Sequence record: PZ386962.1
Source: a phage
DNA length: 42,716 bases
Strand: one strand, 5' to 3'
Part shown: in pieces, positions 31,015-42,378 of the stretch
How the letters are laid out: each line of letters opens with the position of its first letter
Position numbering within the stretch: position 1 is the first letter of the stretch
The notes under the pieces: model-generated
The model's database searches: none
Told to the model about the DNA's origin: nothing
What the model saw: the letters and a program-made list of their open reading frames with translations, nothing else
Position numbers and translations under genes: made by a program

Positions 31015-33458
31015 TGCCAGTATACCAAGGCGCTTATAAATCCATCCTCGGCGGCGTGAGCCAGCAGGTCTATACTGACCGCCAGCTATCGCAGGTTGAG
31101 GAACAGGTCAACATGACCTCTGACACCGTGCGTGGCCTGCGTAAACGCCCCGGCACCCGACTACACCGTACTGTGGATTCCACTAACGCGAACGTCTGGA
31201 GCCTTGGTAACTTCGGCCACCTGCGATTCACTACCACAAACTTAGGTTGGGGCATCACCACGTTCATCGTGAATACGAAGACCGGGTATGTCACCGCCAT
31301 TGTCGAGACGGAGACTGTCCAGTTCATGGGCCAGTCCTCGTACCTCGTCACGAACAACCCCGACGACATCGTGTTCGCTACCGTAGGCAACACCATGTAC
31401 GTTGCCAACTGCTCCAAGCTACCAGTGCTTCTGGAGAACGAGACGCGTATGAATCCGGGTCGCCGGGGTTACTTCTTCGTGCTGGCTGGCGGCTACGGCA
31501 AGCAGTACACCGTTCGCGTTGAGACGAGCGGGGGCGCTGTGTCAGCCTCTTACACTACGCCTAACTCTGGCGATACGGGCGCTTCGGATAAGGCCACACC
31601 AGAGTACATCATTGGTCAGTTGAAGACTCAGCTCGACGCTGCCGTTGGCGGCGCTACCGGGCTGGAGGTTGTGCAGGTGGATGGTGCGTACATGTACCTC
31701 CAGACCACTGCCGCATACACTGACCTGAACGTCTCCACCAACACTGGCTCCAGCTACGCGATTGCCTCGAACACCCACCGTGTTGACCTGACCACCAAGC
31801 TCCCGGCACGTCTGCCGACTCAGGCTGGTGGCTTCATCATGACCGTAGGTGATGACAGCTTCGCACAGTATTTCCAGTGGGATTATGCCAACTCGCGCTG
31901 GGTGGAGAAAGGTGCTTGGGGTTCCCCGACCGGGATTAACCCAAGCACAATGCCGCTGGTGTTCAGCACGACTTCGACCACCAACCAGCACACGTTCGCC
32001 CAAGGCTCATGGCCGGGCCGACTGGCTGGCGACGACAAGACCAACTCAATCCCAGCATTCACTGATGCTGATGGTGTGGGTATCACTGGTCTGGCTTCGT
32101 TCCAAGGTCGCCTGATTGTGTTCTCCGGCCCGTACATTACCATGGGTTCCAGCAACAAGGAAGACAGAACCAACTTCTTCCGTACGACTGTGACGCAGGT
32201 ACTGGACGACGACCGCATTGAGTTCACTGCAACCAGCTTCGCCGGGGCATCGTTCCGGTACGGCATCCCGTTCAACTCTGACCTGATTCTGGCCAGCGAG
32301 GAACACCAAGCCGTTATCCCCGGACGTAACCAAATCCTGACACCGAACAACGCCACCGCTGTGTTGACCTCGACGTACCAGATGGATACGGGTGTAGCGC
32401 CGACTACTTCTGGCCGCAGCCTGTATTACGCGTACCCGCGCTCGAACAGCTCATTCTCCATCAAAGAGATGCTGCCGTCCGGCTACACGGATTTGCAGTA
32501 CGTGAGTCAGGACGTGACCGACCACCTGCCGACCTATCTGGAAGGGGCCAACTCGTACATCTCTGCCAGCACCACGAACAACATCGTTGTGTTTGGCTCA
32601 ACCACTGAGAAGTCCACGCTCTACGTGAACGAGTACCTGTGGTCAGGTGACGAGAAGGTGCTGTCCTCTTGGCATCGCTGGGAGGTGTACGGCACTGTGC
32701 AGGCTGCGTGGTTCGTTCGTGAGGTGCTGGTGCTCTTGGTTGAGCAGCAGGGCCACATGAACCTGCTCACGCTGTCCATGCGAGATTCCCCTGACCCGAC
32801 TGACCCGGCGCGATTCCTCCCGGCCATTGACTACGCCCAGTTGATGACTGTGACGAACCCGGCCACGGACAGCTCGTACATTCAGTTTGCTGCCACTGGC
32901 GAGCAGAAGGCGCTGTGGGACATTATCCAGTACCGCTACCAGACTGAGGGCAACTGGGACTTCATGACGAACGTAGTGCCGTCTGGCAACTACATCGGGG
33001 CTGAGGTCGGGGTTAAGTCCATCGACACCACGAACCGACGCGTGTACCTCCAGCCTTCGTACGGCAGCAGCTCACTGTATGTGGGCCTGCGATTCACTGC
33101 CCTGTTCAGCCCTACGCCTCCGCGTGTGTTCAATCAGGACGGCTCGTACATGGACGTGAACAAGATGATCATCATGCACTACAACTTCACGTTGCGGTAC
33201 ACGAGCCTGTTCAACATCACGGCCAGCGACCGGGGCGCGTACTCGGCACTGAACATCATCAGCAGCCCTATCCGGTACACCAGTAAAGAGCTGGGTCTGG
33301 AGTCTGCGATGTTGGCCAAGCGTGCGCACTTGAAGGTTCGCATGGGTCTTGAAGTGGAGTCCAGCAGCATGGTCGTGGATTCGTCTACGGCAGGCGACCT
33401 GAACATTCAGGGGCTTGGCTACTACATCAAGTTCTACAACAAAGTTCGGAGAATTTAA
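31014..33458 (+). CDS. tail tubular protein B (T7 gp12-like)
   Basis: 814 aa, lies after tail tubular protein A; ATG overlaps upstream stop. Confidence 0.7.
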   Translation: MPVYQGAYKSILGGVSQQVYTDRQLSQVEEQVNMTSDTVRGLRKRPGTRLHRTVDSTNANVWSLGNFGHLRFTTTNLGWGITTFIVNTKTGYVTAIVETETVQFMGQSSYLVTNNPDDIVFATVGNTMYVANCSKLPVLLENETRMNPGRRGYFFVLAGGYGKQYTVRVETSGGAVSASYTTPNSGDTGASDKATPEYIIGQLKTQLDAAVGGATGLEVVQVDGAYMYLQTTAAYTDLNVSTNTGSSYAIASNTHRVDLTTKLPARLPTQAGGFIMTVGDDSFAQYFQWDYANSRWVEKGAWGSPTGINPSTMPLVFSTTSTTNQHTFAQGSWPGRLAGDDKTNSIPAFTDADGVGITGLASFQGRLIVFSGPYITMGSSNKEDRTNFFRTTVTQVLDDDRIEFTATSFAGASFRYGIPFNSDLILASEEHQAVIPGRNQILTPNNATAVLTSTYQMDTGVAPTTSGRSLYYAYPRSNSSFSIKEMLPSGYTDLQYVSQDVTDHLPTYLEGANSYISASTTNNIVVFGSTTEKSTLYVNEYLWSGDEKVLSSWHRWEVYGTVQAAWFVREVLVLLVEQQGHMNLLTLSMRDSPDPTDPARFLPAIDYAQLMTVTNPATDSSYIQFAATGEQKALWDIIQYRYQTEGNWDFMTNVVPSGNYIGAEVGVKSIDTTNRRVYLQPSYGSSSLYVGLRFTALFSPTPPRVFNQDGSYMDVNKMIIMHYNFTLRYTSLFNITASDRGAYSALNIISSPIRYTSKELGLESAMLAKRAHLKVRMGLEVESSSMVVDSSTAGDLNIQGLGYYIKFYNKVRRI

Positions 33459-33459
33459 T

Positions 33460-34200
33460 ATGGGTTGGGCAGCTTTTGCTAAAGCTGGTGCCGACGCTAC
33501 GAACTCCTTCATCACCACCTATGCTCAAGGACGAGCAGAGCGTGCGCAGATGAAGGCGGTTCAGGCAGAGAACGAACGCCTGAACAAGCAAACGTGGCAG
33601 GCAATGGGCCAGCGCATCAACACCGTGAATCTCCAGCGCGGCCTGCTCCGGCAGCAGACTGGCACCGACCTGTACAATATCAACAAGGAAGCTAACCGGG
33701 CATCCGGCGCGAGCATTAACAATGCCGCCGCTGCCGGGATTGAAGGTGCCTCTGTGGACGAGGCGGTCACGGACATCAGCCGCCAGAATCAGGAAAGCCA
33801 AGCGCAGACCCGGTTCAATGAGCAGATTCAGGAGATGAACCTCGACACCAGTATCAACGACATCATCGACACCGCCGTCGCAGCTCAGCGTTATTCGCAG
33901 AAGCCAGCGAGCAACAGCATGATTGTGGGCCGCGCCATTGGCGTGTCTGCTATGCAGTTTGCTTCGAGCCTCGCGCAGACCAGCTTCGACTACATGCCGA
34001 CTGAGGGTGCGAAGGGTACGGGTACACAGAGCGGCAGTGCTGGCGCTACAGCGTCAACGTTCGATAACCTCGGCTCCAGTACAGCGAGTTATGGAACAAC
34101 TAACTGGATGCAGAAGGCTGGGGAATTTAACCCTGTGCCTGCGCAGTATCAATCAAATCGTTACATGGGCTACGGCTCAGGTTCAATCTTTGGGGGCTAA
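33460..34200 (+). CDS. internal virion protein (gp13/gp14-like)
   Basis: 246 aa from ATG with GGAGA RBS; position within internal core protein block. Confidence 0.55.
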   Translation: MGWAAFAKAGADATNSFITTYAQGRAERAQMKAVQAENERLNKQTWQAMGQRINTVNLQRGLLRQQTGTDLYNINKEANRASGASINNAAAAGIEGASVDEAVTDISRQNQESQAQTRFNEQIQEMNLDTSINDIIDTAVAAQRYSQKPASNSMIVGRAIGVSAMQFASSLAQTSFDYMPTEGAKGTGTQSGSAGATASTFDNLGSSTASYGTTNWMQKAGEFNPVPAQYQSNRYMGYGSGSIFGG

Positions 34201-34202
34201 TC

Positions 34203-36899
34203 ATGGCTACTATGCGTGACCAGCGTGGCGCTAACCTTAATGCTGCGCAGCAGGGATTACCAAGTGTGCAGCAGGCGCAGACTCCGTTTAGTCTCGCAGG
34301 CCGCGATACTCGCATCGACACGTTTCCTACCGAGTCCATTCAACGCGTACTGAACATGGCCAGCGCACTTGCTGGCCGTGTCACTGAGCGTGTGAACGAG
34401 GAAGAATACCTCAAGGGGGCTAACGCCGCCGCGAGTGGCAAGGCTGTCGAGGATTTGGATTCGAACTGGCTTACCGCTCAGTTCCAGAAAGCTGGTTACA
34501 ACGACCAGTACAAACGAATGGAAATGGCGAAGGTCGCCTCAGACATCTCGGCTAACATGCCGCAGTATGCGAAGATGGCACCCGACGAGTTCTTGAAGGT
34601 GGTGGACGAGAAGACCACTGGCCTGTTCGAGAACACTGATGGTATGACGCTGAACGGGCGTAAGTCACTGCTGGAGAACCAGCTCACGTTCAGCAACACC
34701 CTTATCCGTACGCAGGCTGCCCAGCATGGTAAGTATCTGGTTGAGCAGCGTGCGGCGATGTACAACACGCAGGGTAACACTCTAGTTACTCTGGCGGCTC
34801 AGGCCAAGGCCACTGGCGATGGCGGCGCGTACGCTAACGCTACGGCAGCAACCATGGCATGGGCCAAGTCTATTCTGGCAGACGACAAGCTGCCACTGGA
34901 GACTCGCCGGACGCAGGTGACTTCCATGATGGGGCTGATGCTCCAGCAGGATTTGCGTACCCCGGTCGAGACTGCTGTGAACTCCGGGCTATTCAACGAG
35001 CTGCCTGCCGACGATTTGGCCAAGCTGCAAGGTCAGATTCGTGAATCCAAATCTCGTACTGAGGTTCAGGATAACATGGGTCTGCTGGCGCAGAAGGGTC
35101 AACTTGATGCGCGTCAGGCAGTATTCGGTGACGTTACGCCGGAACAGTACACGCAGACGCTCCAGCAGATGGTGGACAATAAGCTGATTAGCGCTGGTGG
35201 TTTCAGCTCTGCTATCGAGTCCTTCTACAAGGATTACGCCAAGCAAGCCAAGGCCAGCCAGCTCGGTCAGGCTTACGCCACCGGGAACCAGACGTACATG
35301 CTCCAGCAGGGCGCGAGTGAGCAGGATGGTGCTGACGCATTCATCAAGGCTCGCATGAAGCAACCGGGCGCGACGGCAAGTTCCGTGGCGTTCGACCTGC
35401 TGCAAGTGGGTGCGCAGACTGGCTTCCCTTCTGCGTACAAGTCTGCTGCCAAGTTGATTGAACCATCCCTGTCGAACTTCGGCACCGTGGATGAAATGAA
35501 CCCTGACGCTGCCCGTACCGTAACCGGGCTGATTGACCGTGTAACCGTGGCCGAGAATCAGGGTGACAAGACTGCATGGACTAAGCTCCTGTCCGGTCTG
35601 TCAGAAGAAAACCAAGAGAAGATGGTGTACATGCGCGAGCAGATTAAGGCTGGCCGCACCATCGACCAAGCTGGTCAGGGTTACATCAAGCAGCAGCAGG
35701 ACTACGCTGGCTTGACCCCGGCACAGAAATCTCAAATCCTCACGCAGCGTCAATCTGACGTTAACTCTGTGGTGAATGGGCTGGAGGCTCAGGGCTTCCT
35801 CTCTCGCACTTGGCAGGGTCTGGCTGGTCTGTTCTCAGATACTCAGCAGAACCTGTTCCAAGCACGCGTCGCATCTGGTGACATTACTGCCGCGCAGGAA
35901 ATGTCGGAGGTGTCTGCCGCGTACCGCGAGGAGCTGCAAGCTGTAGTCCTCAAGAACCCGAACGTGACGAAGGATGGTATGGAAGCACTCGCATCTGCGA
36001 AGCTGGCCAACCGTGTCCTGCGCGTCGGTGAAACCACATTCAGCCCCGGCTCTGTGCTTATCGCACCGAGAGGCCAAACTGTTCAGTCTATGCTCGGCTT
36101 GCCTGCTGACGTAGCCCCCGACCGTATCGGTCGCGCTATCGCCGCACTTGACCAGACCAAGGCACCAGAAGGCTTCGAGTCGTCCTACTCGTTTATGCCA
36201 GATGGCTCTCTGAACGTTCAGTTCTTCAACAAGCAAGGTGACGTTTCCCCGAACTCGGTACGCATTCTGCCGCAGCTCGTGCAGGAACGCATCCGTGAAG
36301 ACGACCGTGCAGCAGCCACTGCCAACAACGAAGTGTATGGCGACGGGAAACTCTTTGTTGATAAGACCAGTAACGTGGGTATCCGCGTGAATGGCGTTAA
36401 TACTGCGGGGGTAGACGAGCAGCGTATGCTTGTTGCCCGTGGCAAACTGATTGACTTCGAAGGTATCCGCAGCACCACCTACCGCGACAGCACTGGCGTA
36501 CAGACTAACGGTGTCGGTATCTCCGACCGTAGCCCGTACTTTGCCCAAGGCCAAGCGTCTGGTATGAAAGGCGGTACTGAGTGGTCGCCGCGAACTATCC
36601 ACGATACGTTCGTGCAACACACCAACATGGTAGCCCGGCAGATGCCCGGCACTGCTGCTGCACTGGGGTGGAGTCGTGATAACGATGCCCAGTTCCAGTT
36701 CATGATGCAGATGGGTTATCAGGCAGGTTCAAGCTGGTATCGTACCGATGGTGCGTACAGCAAACTGGCTGATGCAATCCGTGTTGGCGACCAAGAGAAA
36801 GCTGTGCAGGCTCTGGCTGCGACCCCGGCTTATAAGCTGTCGCAGGACGAGCGTAAGCAGTATTACGTCCAAACTCTACTCGCAGGTATGCAGGAATGA
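34203..36899 (+). CDS. internal virion (core) protein B (gp15-like)
   Basis: 898 aa, large mostly alpha-helical-looking protein between tail tube genes and tailspike. Confidence 0.65.
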   Translation: MATMRDQRGANLNAAQQGLPSVQQAQTPFSLAGRDTRIDTFPTESIQRVLNMASALAGRVTERVNEEEYLKGANAAASGKAVEDLDSNWLTAQFQKAGYNDQYKRMEMAKVASDISANMPQYAKMAPDEFLKVVDEKTTGLFENTDGMTLNGRKSLLENQLTFSNTLIRTQAAQHGKYLVEQRAAMYNTQGNTLVTLAAQAKATGDGGAYANATAATMAWAKSILADDKLPLETRRTQVTSMMGLMLQQDLRTPVETAVNSGLFNELPADDLAKLQGQIRESKSRTEVQDNMGLLAQKGQLDARQAVFGDVTPEQYTQTLQQMVDNKLISAGGFSSAIESFYKDYAKQAKASQLGQAYATGNQTYMLQQGASEQDGADAFIKARMKQPGATASSVAFDLLQVGAQTGFPSAYKSAAKLIEPSLSNFGTVDEMNPDAARTVTGLIDRVTVAENQGDKTAWTKLLSGLSEENQEKMVYMREQIKAGRTIDQAGQGYIKQQQDYAGLTPAQKSQILTQRQSDVNSVVNGLEAQGFLSRTWQGLAGLFSDTQQNLFQARVASGDITAAQEMSEVSAAYREELQAVVLKNPNVTKDGMEALASAKLANRVLRVGETTFSPGSVLIAPRGQTVQSMLGLPADVAPDRIGRAIAALDQTKAPEGFESSYSFMPDGSLNVQFFNKQGDVSPNSVRILPQLVQERIREDDRAAATANNEVYGDGKLFVDKTSNVGIRVNGVNTAGVDEQRMLVARGKLIDFEGIRSTTYRDSTGVQTNGVGISDRSPYFAQGQASGMKGGTEWSPRTIHDTFVQHTNMVARQMPGTAAALGWSRDNDAQFQFMMQMGYQAGSSWYRTDGAYSKLADAIRVGDQEKAVQALAATPAYKLSQDERKQYYVQTLLAGMQE

Positions 36900-39800
36900 T
36901 TATCACACAAGAATCGCTCGACAAGTTCATGGCTCCCAAGCAGGGGGCCAACGCTCCCTCGCTGGTTATTCCAGCTCCCGTAAAGACTGCTGACCTCAGC
37001 ACTCCACTGCAAGATGCCACTCGTCAGGGTGCCGTCGAGCAGTTCGACAAGATGCAGGAACTGGAAGCAACTCCGATGGCCACGGCGTTGAGTGCTTCTG
37101 TGAAGAACTGGGACACCACCCAGCTCTTTGATGCCGCGTTCAACAAGCCCACCTTCCAAGCTGACCCGGACTTCAAGCCCAACGAGGCATTGCAGAACGT
37201 ACAGTTCCCGGTGGGTGCAGATGACCGGACGTTCCTGTTCAAATCCAAATCCATGGACGAGTTCAACTGGCGTACCCAGCAGCTCCAAGAGATGCGAGAA
37301 CGTACCCAGTTGGCTCACACTGCGCCAGTGATGAACGCAGTGCTGCAATTCGCTGACCCGCTGTACCTTGCTACTGACCTGCTCTCGATGGGAGCAGGCA
37401 CTGCCCTGAAACTTGGTCGCCTTGGAACCGCTGCCGTAGGCGCGGCGTCCACTGCTACGCTGATGAACACCATCGGTAGCGAGGCTCGCCCAGTATCTCA
37501 GAACGAGATTATCTTTGCGGCTGCCCTGCACGGGGCGGCCACCACTGCATTCTATCGCCCCGCCGCTGCGCCAGCCCGTCGCCTTGATGAGCTGTCGCCA
37601 GAGGAATTTGCGGCTGAGATGCAGCGCCGTAACGGTATTGACCCGAACAACCCGCCGCAGTTTGACCCGAACAACGCCATGTCTCCGCTGGCAATGTCCC
37701 TCGGTGTCGGCCCTCGCGGTGCCACTGTAGTTGACGAAGTACCGGAATCCATTCGGGCTGCGGCTCAGCGTGGACTCGACCTCGCACGCCGTGGTGAGCA
37801 GACCAACCCTAAGCGTCCATTCCTTGAGTGGTCACTGTTCAAGTCGTTCAGTCAGCATTCTGAGGAATCCAGTGCGTTGGCCGGGCGACTGCTGGACGAC
37901 CCACTGAACCCGAACATGACCTCTGCTGCTGCAATCCAGCGCGAGACTCAGGCTCGCTTCGGTGTGCTGCTGAACCAGTATGAAGACACCCTGCGCCATG
38001 CCCTGACCACTGATGGCTGGAGTAACATCCGGCGCTTCCGTGACCCGGTTGGCTATCGCCGGGCGCAGCAGGAGTTCGAAGCTGCTGTTCGTCTTGAGCT
38101 GGACAAGCGCATGATTGACAACAACTTCCGTGGCGCTAACCCGAGTGTGGCCGCTGCCGCCGACCGACTGGGCGAATACTCTCGCGCCGTGGGCCGGGAG
38201 CTGGAACGCAAGGGGATGGTTGAGCCGGGCTTCGTGGAGAAGAACCCGTACTACTACCCTCGCCGGATGAACGTGACCAAGGTTGAGCAGGCTGAGCAGT
38301 TGCTCGGCAAGAAGCCATTCATGAAGCAGATGACGACTGCTGTGCAGCGCGGTATCGGTACTGACCGTCCGACTGCCAACGTCATTGCCCATGCTATGGT
38401 GGAGCGTGCCCGCCGCAAAGGTTACGGTATCGACAACTCCGGTACGATTATCAACAAGGAGGGCCGCGATGAGCTGCTCGAAATCATTGAGAACTCGAAA
38501 GGACTCGACGAGGCTGCCAAGGCCCGTGCTTCCGCACTCCTTCGTGAATCTGGCTCGGACGCTGGCCGACCGTCGATGCTTAAGAGCCGTATCAACATCG
38601 ACATGATGCACCAGCTCGGCCCTAACTTGCAGGTGCGTGACCTGTTCGATGACAGCATCACCAGTATGATGGACAGCTACAACCGCCGCATTACTGGGCG
38701 ACTGGCTCTGCATGAGGCTGGACTGGGTACTGACGCCGAACGCGCTGCTGCTCGTGAGGCTCTGGCCAAATCCATCAAGGATGGTACGGCTCGTCGTCAG
38801 GCGCTGGGGCAGTATGACAACATCATGGCTTATTACCAAGGTGCGCCAGTTGGTGAGGAAATGCCGCAGTTCATGCGTCAGCTCTCTGCACTGACTCAGG
38901 CTACTGGTCTGGCTGCATCTGGTCTGTGGCAGTTGGTGGAATACGGCACGATGATGCAACGTTTCGGGGCAGTCAATACGTTTCGCGCCATGATGCGTAC
39001 AATTCCCGAAGCACGCGCACTATTTAAGCAAATGAGGGTGTCTACTAAGGAAGGTCGTCAGTTGGCACTTGATGCCGAGGAAGCTCTGACTGCGGCGGTT
39101 GCGAGTGATATTCGTATGCGCCCAATCATGCAGCACTATGAAGATATGTTCTCTGCGGATAAGTCACCGTGGGTTATGCGTCTTGAGCACGCCCGTGATG
39201 CTACCATGTTCATCAACATGCAGAAATACATCCACTTCCACCAGACCCGTACCAACGCTGCGCTCGTGATGCAGACTCTGCGTAAGGCTGCCGAAGGTGA
39301 CGCCAAGGCTATTGCCGCGATGAAAACCTATGGTGCCAATGAGCAGCTTCTGAACGACATTCGCAAGCAGGTCGGGCAGCATGGCACCAAGCCAGACGCT
39401 TGGGACGAGGGCGTGTTCAACCGCTCCCGTATTGTCATGATGAATGCCATGGATGACGCCATTGTTCGCGCCCGTGTGGGTGAGCTGCCTGCGTTTGCAG
39501 AGTTCAGCACGCTCGGTAAGTTCCTGTTTACGTTCCGTCGATTCGTAGCGGCTACGCACAACAAGACACTGGTGGGTACGTGGAATCGTGAAGGTGCTCG
39601 CGGAATGGCTACGCTCATGGCGTATCAGTATCCGCTGGCGATGATGGCCACCGCAGCCAACAACGTGATTTCTGGCAAGGCTTTCTCCGACCCGGAAACC
39701 ATGGCACCAAATAAGCTGGCTGGGCAGGCACTGAACTATCTTGGTGCTATCGGCTTTGCCTCCGAGTTCACTGGTGTCCTGACCGGGCAGCAGCGTAGCT

Positions 39801-40006
39801 TCGGTGCGCCGGGCCTGTTGTTCCTCGACCGTGCCTACGGCGTGGCAGGTGCAGCTACCAATGCTGCTGGCGGTGTGTTGACTGGGGATGCTGACCAAGC
39901 CATCTCCGGTGCTCGCAAGGCGGCGGGTAACGTCATCCAAGCAATCCCACTCATCTCCATTGTGCCGGGCGTCCGAGCACTCAACGAAGCAGTTAAGGGT
40001 GAATAA
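36896..40006 (+). CDS. internal virion (core / ejectosome) protein C (gp16-like)
   Basis: 1036 aa, last large gene before tail fiber, ATG overlaps upstream stop. Confidence 0.65.
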   Translation: MIITQESLDKFMAPKQGANAPSLVIPAPVKTADLSTPLQDATRQGAVEQFDKMQELEATPMATALSASVKNWDTTQLFDAAFNKPTFQADPDFKPNEALQNVQFPVGADDRTFLFKSKSMDEFNWRTQQLQEMRERTQLAHTAPVMNAVLQFADPLYLATDLLSMGAGTALKLGRLGTAAVGAASTATLMNTIGSEARPVSQNEIIFAAALHGAATTAFYRPAAAPARRLDELSPEEFAAEMQRRNGIDPNNPPQFDPNNAMSPLAMSLGVGPRGATVVDEVPESIRAAAQRGLDLARRGEQTNPKRPFLEWSLFKSFSQHSEESSALAGRLLDDPLNPNMTSAAAIQRETQARFGVLLNQYEDTLRHALTTDGWSNIRRFRDPVGYRRAQQEFEAAVRLELDKRMIDNNFRGANPSVAAAADRLGEYSRAVGRELERKGMVEPGFVEKNPYYYPRRMNVTKVEQAEQLLGKKPFMKQMTTAVQRGIGTDRPTANVIAHAMVERARRKGYGIDNSGTIINKEGRDELLEIIENSKGLDEAAKARASALLRESGSDAGRPSMLKSRINIDMMHQLGPNLQVRDLFDDSITSMMDSYNRRITGRLALHEAGLGTDAERAAAREALAKSIKDGTARRQALGQYDNIMAYYQGAPVGEEMPQFMRQLSALTQATGLAASGLWQLVEYGTMMQRFGAVNTFRAMMRTIPEARALFKQMRVSTKEGRQLALDAEEALTAAVASDIRMRPIMQHYEDMFSADKSPWVMRLEHARDATMFINMQKYIHFHQTRTNAALVMQTLRKAAEGDAKAIAAMKTYGANEQLLNDIRKQVGQHGTKPDAWDEGVFNRSRIVMMNAMDDAIVRARVGELPAFAEFSTLGKFLFTFRRFVAATHNKTLVGTWNREGARGMATLMAYQYPLAMMATAANNVISGKAFSDPETMAPNKLAGQALNYLGAIGFASEFTGVLTGQQRSFGAPGLLFLDRAYGVAGAATNAAGGVLTGDADQAISGARKAAGNVIQAIPLISIVPGVRALNEAVKGE

Positions 40007-42378
40007 TGGCGAACAGCTATAATACTTACGTGGCGAACGGTTCACAGACCGCATTCCTCGTCACGTTCGAGCAGCGCGTGTTCACTGAGATTCAGGTGTA
40101 CCTCAACTCCGAACTCCAGACGAGCGGATACACCTACAACTCTGTGACCAAACAGATTGTCTTTGACACCGCCCCGCCAATCGGGGTGATTGTCCGACTC
40201 CAACGCTACACCTCCGATATTCTGCTTAACAAGTTCGGTCAGGACGCTGCCTTCACGGGCAGCAACCTCGACGAGAACTTCGAGCAGATTCTGTTTAAGG
40301 CTGAGGAAACTCAGGAGGCATGGCTCGCGCCGCTTGACCGCGCAGTCCGTGTCCCGAACTCCGAAGTCTCCATCAACGCATTACCGAACGTCGCTGGCCG
40401 CCGTAACAAGGCATTGGGCTTTGACAACGCTGGCCAGCCGTTCATGATTCCTCTGGTTGATATTCCTGACTCAGCTCTGGCCATTGCGCTGGCGATGAAT
40501 GACGGCGGTAAGTGGATTGGCACCCTTGGCGGTGGTACGTTCCTCGACCGTCAGGACACTGTGTGTCTGTCAGAGTTCACCAACAACACTGGCTATGCGT
40601 CCATCGCTGCCGCTGTGCAGGCATGTTTCGACTATGCCAAGGCAAACGGTAAGGTTGTGGATGCACGCGGCTGGGAAGGCACTGTGGACTCCACGGTGAC
40701 AATGGATGGTATTGAGGTCGTCGGCGGTACGTGGCACGGTAAGGCAGATATTCGACTGATTGACTCAACGTTCCGCAACTTCAAGGCATCCACTGTGCGT
40801 GTGGCATACTGGGGTGGCAAGGTTCGCATTGCTGACTATGAGTTCACCAGTGCGCCGAGCAACTCCAAAGTTACGTCAATCCTGTTCCAAGGCAACATCG
40901 CCGGGGGCAGCTACGTAATCGAGAACGGTATCCACCGTAACGGCAAGTTCGGTATTCTGCAACAGGGTACTGGTGAGGCTATCACCAACGGCATTATCCG
41001 CAACGTCGCTATGATGGACATGATGGGTGATGGCATTGAGATGAACGTAATCAACAAGCACTATGACGGTGGCCTGCTGATTGAGAACATCTACCTTGAG
41101 AATATCGACGGCACCAACGCACCTATTCCACTGTCCAACTGGGGCATCGGTATCGGTATTGCAGGTCAAGGCCCGTTTGGTTGGGATGCTGCTGAGACTC
41201 AGTACGCGAAGAACGTAACCGTGCGTAACGTCCATGCTCCGCGCGGTGTACGTCAGGTTGTCCACTTCGAAGTTACCCGCGACAGCGTGTGCGAGAACGT
41301 GGTCTGTAACCCTGACCTGTCCGTGTCCACTGGTACTGGCCTGTCTGCTGCTGGCGTAATCACGTACGGCTGCAAACGCATGACCATTGATGGCGTGGTT
41401 GGTGAGCCTATCAACACAGGTGCAACCTCCCCTAACGATATTCGTCTCGTTATGCTGGAGTGGGGTGCTAACCAAGCAGGTGCTGGCGGTACGCCGGGTG
41501 CTGCGTGTCCATCTTTTGACATGACCGTGCGCAACGTGCAGACCCGCACCGGGCGCTTCTATGCAGGTGTCGGCTCCGACGACGATAACACCAACACGTA
41601 CCACCTTGAAAACATTCACTGTTACAAGATGACGCTGTTCGGTGTGGCTACTCTGCTGAACATGACCAACGTTACTGGTGTCGTATTCGACGCAGTTGGT
41701 GATGACTCCAGCGGCGGTACTTCATCCAACGGTGTGTACCCGCGTAAGAAGACGTGCCTGAACATGGTGAACGTGAACTTCTACGGGCCGGGTATGACCG
41801 AGGGTGCGCTGTACAGTAAGGCTCGCTACTCTGACATTAGCACGCTGAACTCCAACGTGCGTGCCATCCCTTACTCTAACATCCAAGGTAACGTTGGCGC
41901 TATCCTGTCTCCAGTGAACCGCATCCTGACGCTGCCAAACAACTTGGCAACGCTGACAGGTGCTGAGTTCCCGACTGGTAAAGAGTTCCCGGAAGGTACT
42001 GTCCTGCTGAAAACTGATGGTTCTGGTGGTAACTTCATCGTCACCCAGTTTGGTGCCTACATCCCTAATGATGGCAACAACTTTAAGGTGCGTGCTGCTG
42101 CTGCTGGCCAGACGTATCTGGAGCAGAACCTGACTCCGGCTGGTACTCAGGCATCCACCTCGTGGCTGTACCATAAACCAATCTCTGCTGGCACCCGGTT
42201 GAACATCCCCGGCGCTGGGCCGAGTGGCGGTACACTGACCGTGACGGTGGTGCGTGCTCCTTATCAGGTGGACAACAACATCGGGAACCCGGTACGCATC
42301 GACATCACCCCGGCCATTGTGACGGCTATCCCTGCTGGGACTCAGCTCGCCGCAACTTATCCGGTGGCTTACATCTAA
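40006..42378 (+). CDS. tail fiber / tailspike protein with probable beta-helix enzymatic domain
   Basis: N-terminal segment resembles the T7 gp17-type tail attachment domain in pattern and placement (MANSYNTYVANGSQTAFLVTFEQ...); central region has repeated NVxVRNV-like strands typical of right-handed parallel beta-helix depolymerases. Confidence 0.7.
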   Translation: MANSYNTYVANGSQTAFLVTFEQRVFTEIQVYLNSELQTSGYTYNSVTKQIVFDTAPPIGVIVRLQRYTSDILLNKFGQDAAFTGSNLDENFEQILFKAEETQEAWLAPLDRAVRVPNSEVSINALPNVAGRRNKALGFDNAGQPFMIPLVDIPDSALAIALAMNDGGKWIGTLGGGTFLDRQDTVCLSEFTNNTGYASIAAAVQACFDYAKANGKVVDARGWEGTVDSTVTMDGIEVVGGTWHGKADIRLIDSTFRNFKASTVRVAYWGGKVRIADYEFTSAPSNSKVTSILFQGNIAGGSYVIENGIHRNGKFGILQQGTGEAITNGIIRNVAMMDMMGDGIEMNVINKHYDGGLLIENIYLENIDGTNAPIPLSNWGIGIGIAGQGPFGWDAAETQYAKNVTVRNVHAPRGVRQVVHFEVTRDSVCENVVCNPDLSVSTGTGLSAAGVITYGCKRMTIDGVVGEPINTGATSPNDIRLVMLEWGANQAGAGGTPGAACPSFDMTVRNVQTRTGRFYAGVGSDDDNTNTYHLENIHCYKMTLFGVATLLNMTNVTGVVFDAVGDDSSGGTSSNGVYPRKKTCLNMVNVNFYGPGMTEGALYSKARYSDISTLNSNVRAIPYSNIQGNVGAILSPVNRILTLPNNLATLTGAEFPTGKEFPEGTVLLKTDGSGGNFIVTQFGAYIPNDGNNFKVRAAAAGQTYLEQNLTPAGTQASTSWLYHKPISAGTRLNIPGAGPSGGTLTVTVVRAPYQVDNNIGNPVRIDITPAIVTAIPAGTQLAATYPVAYI

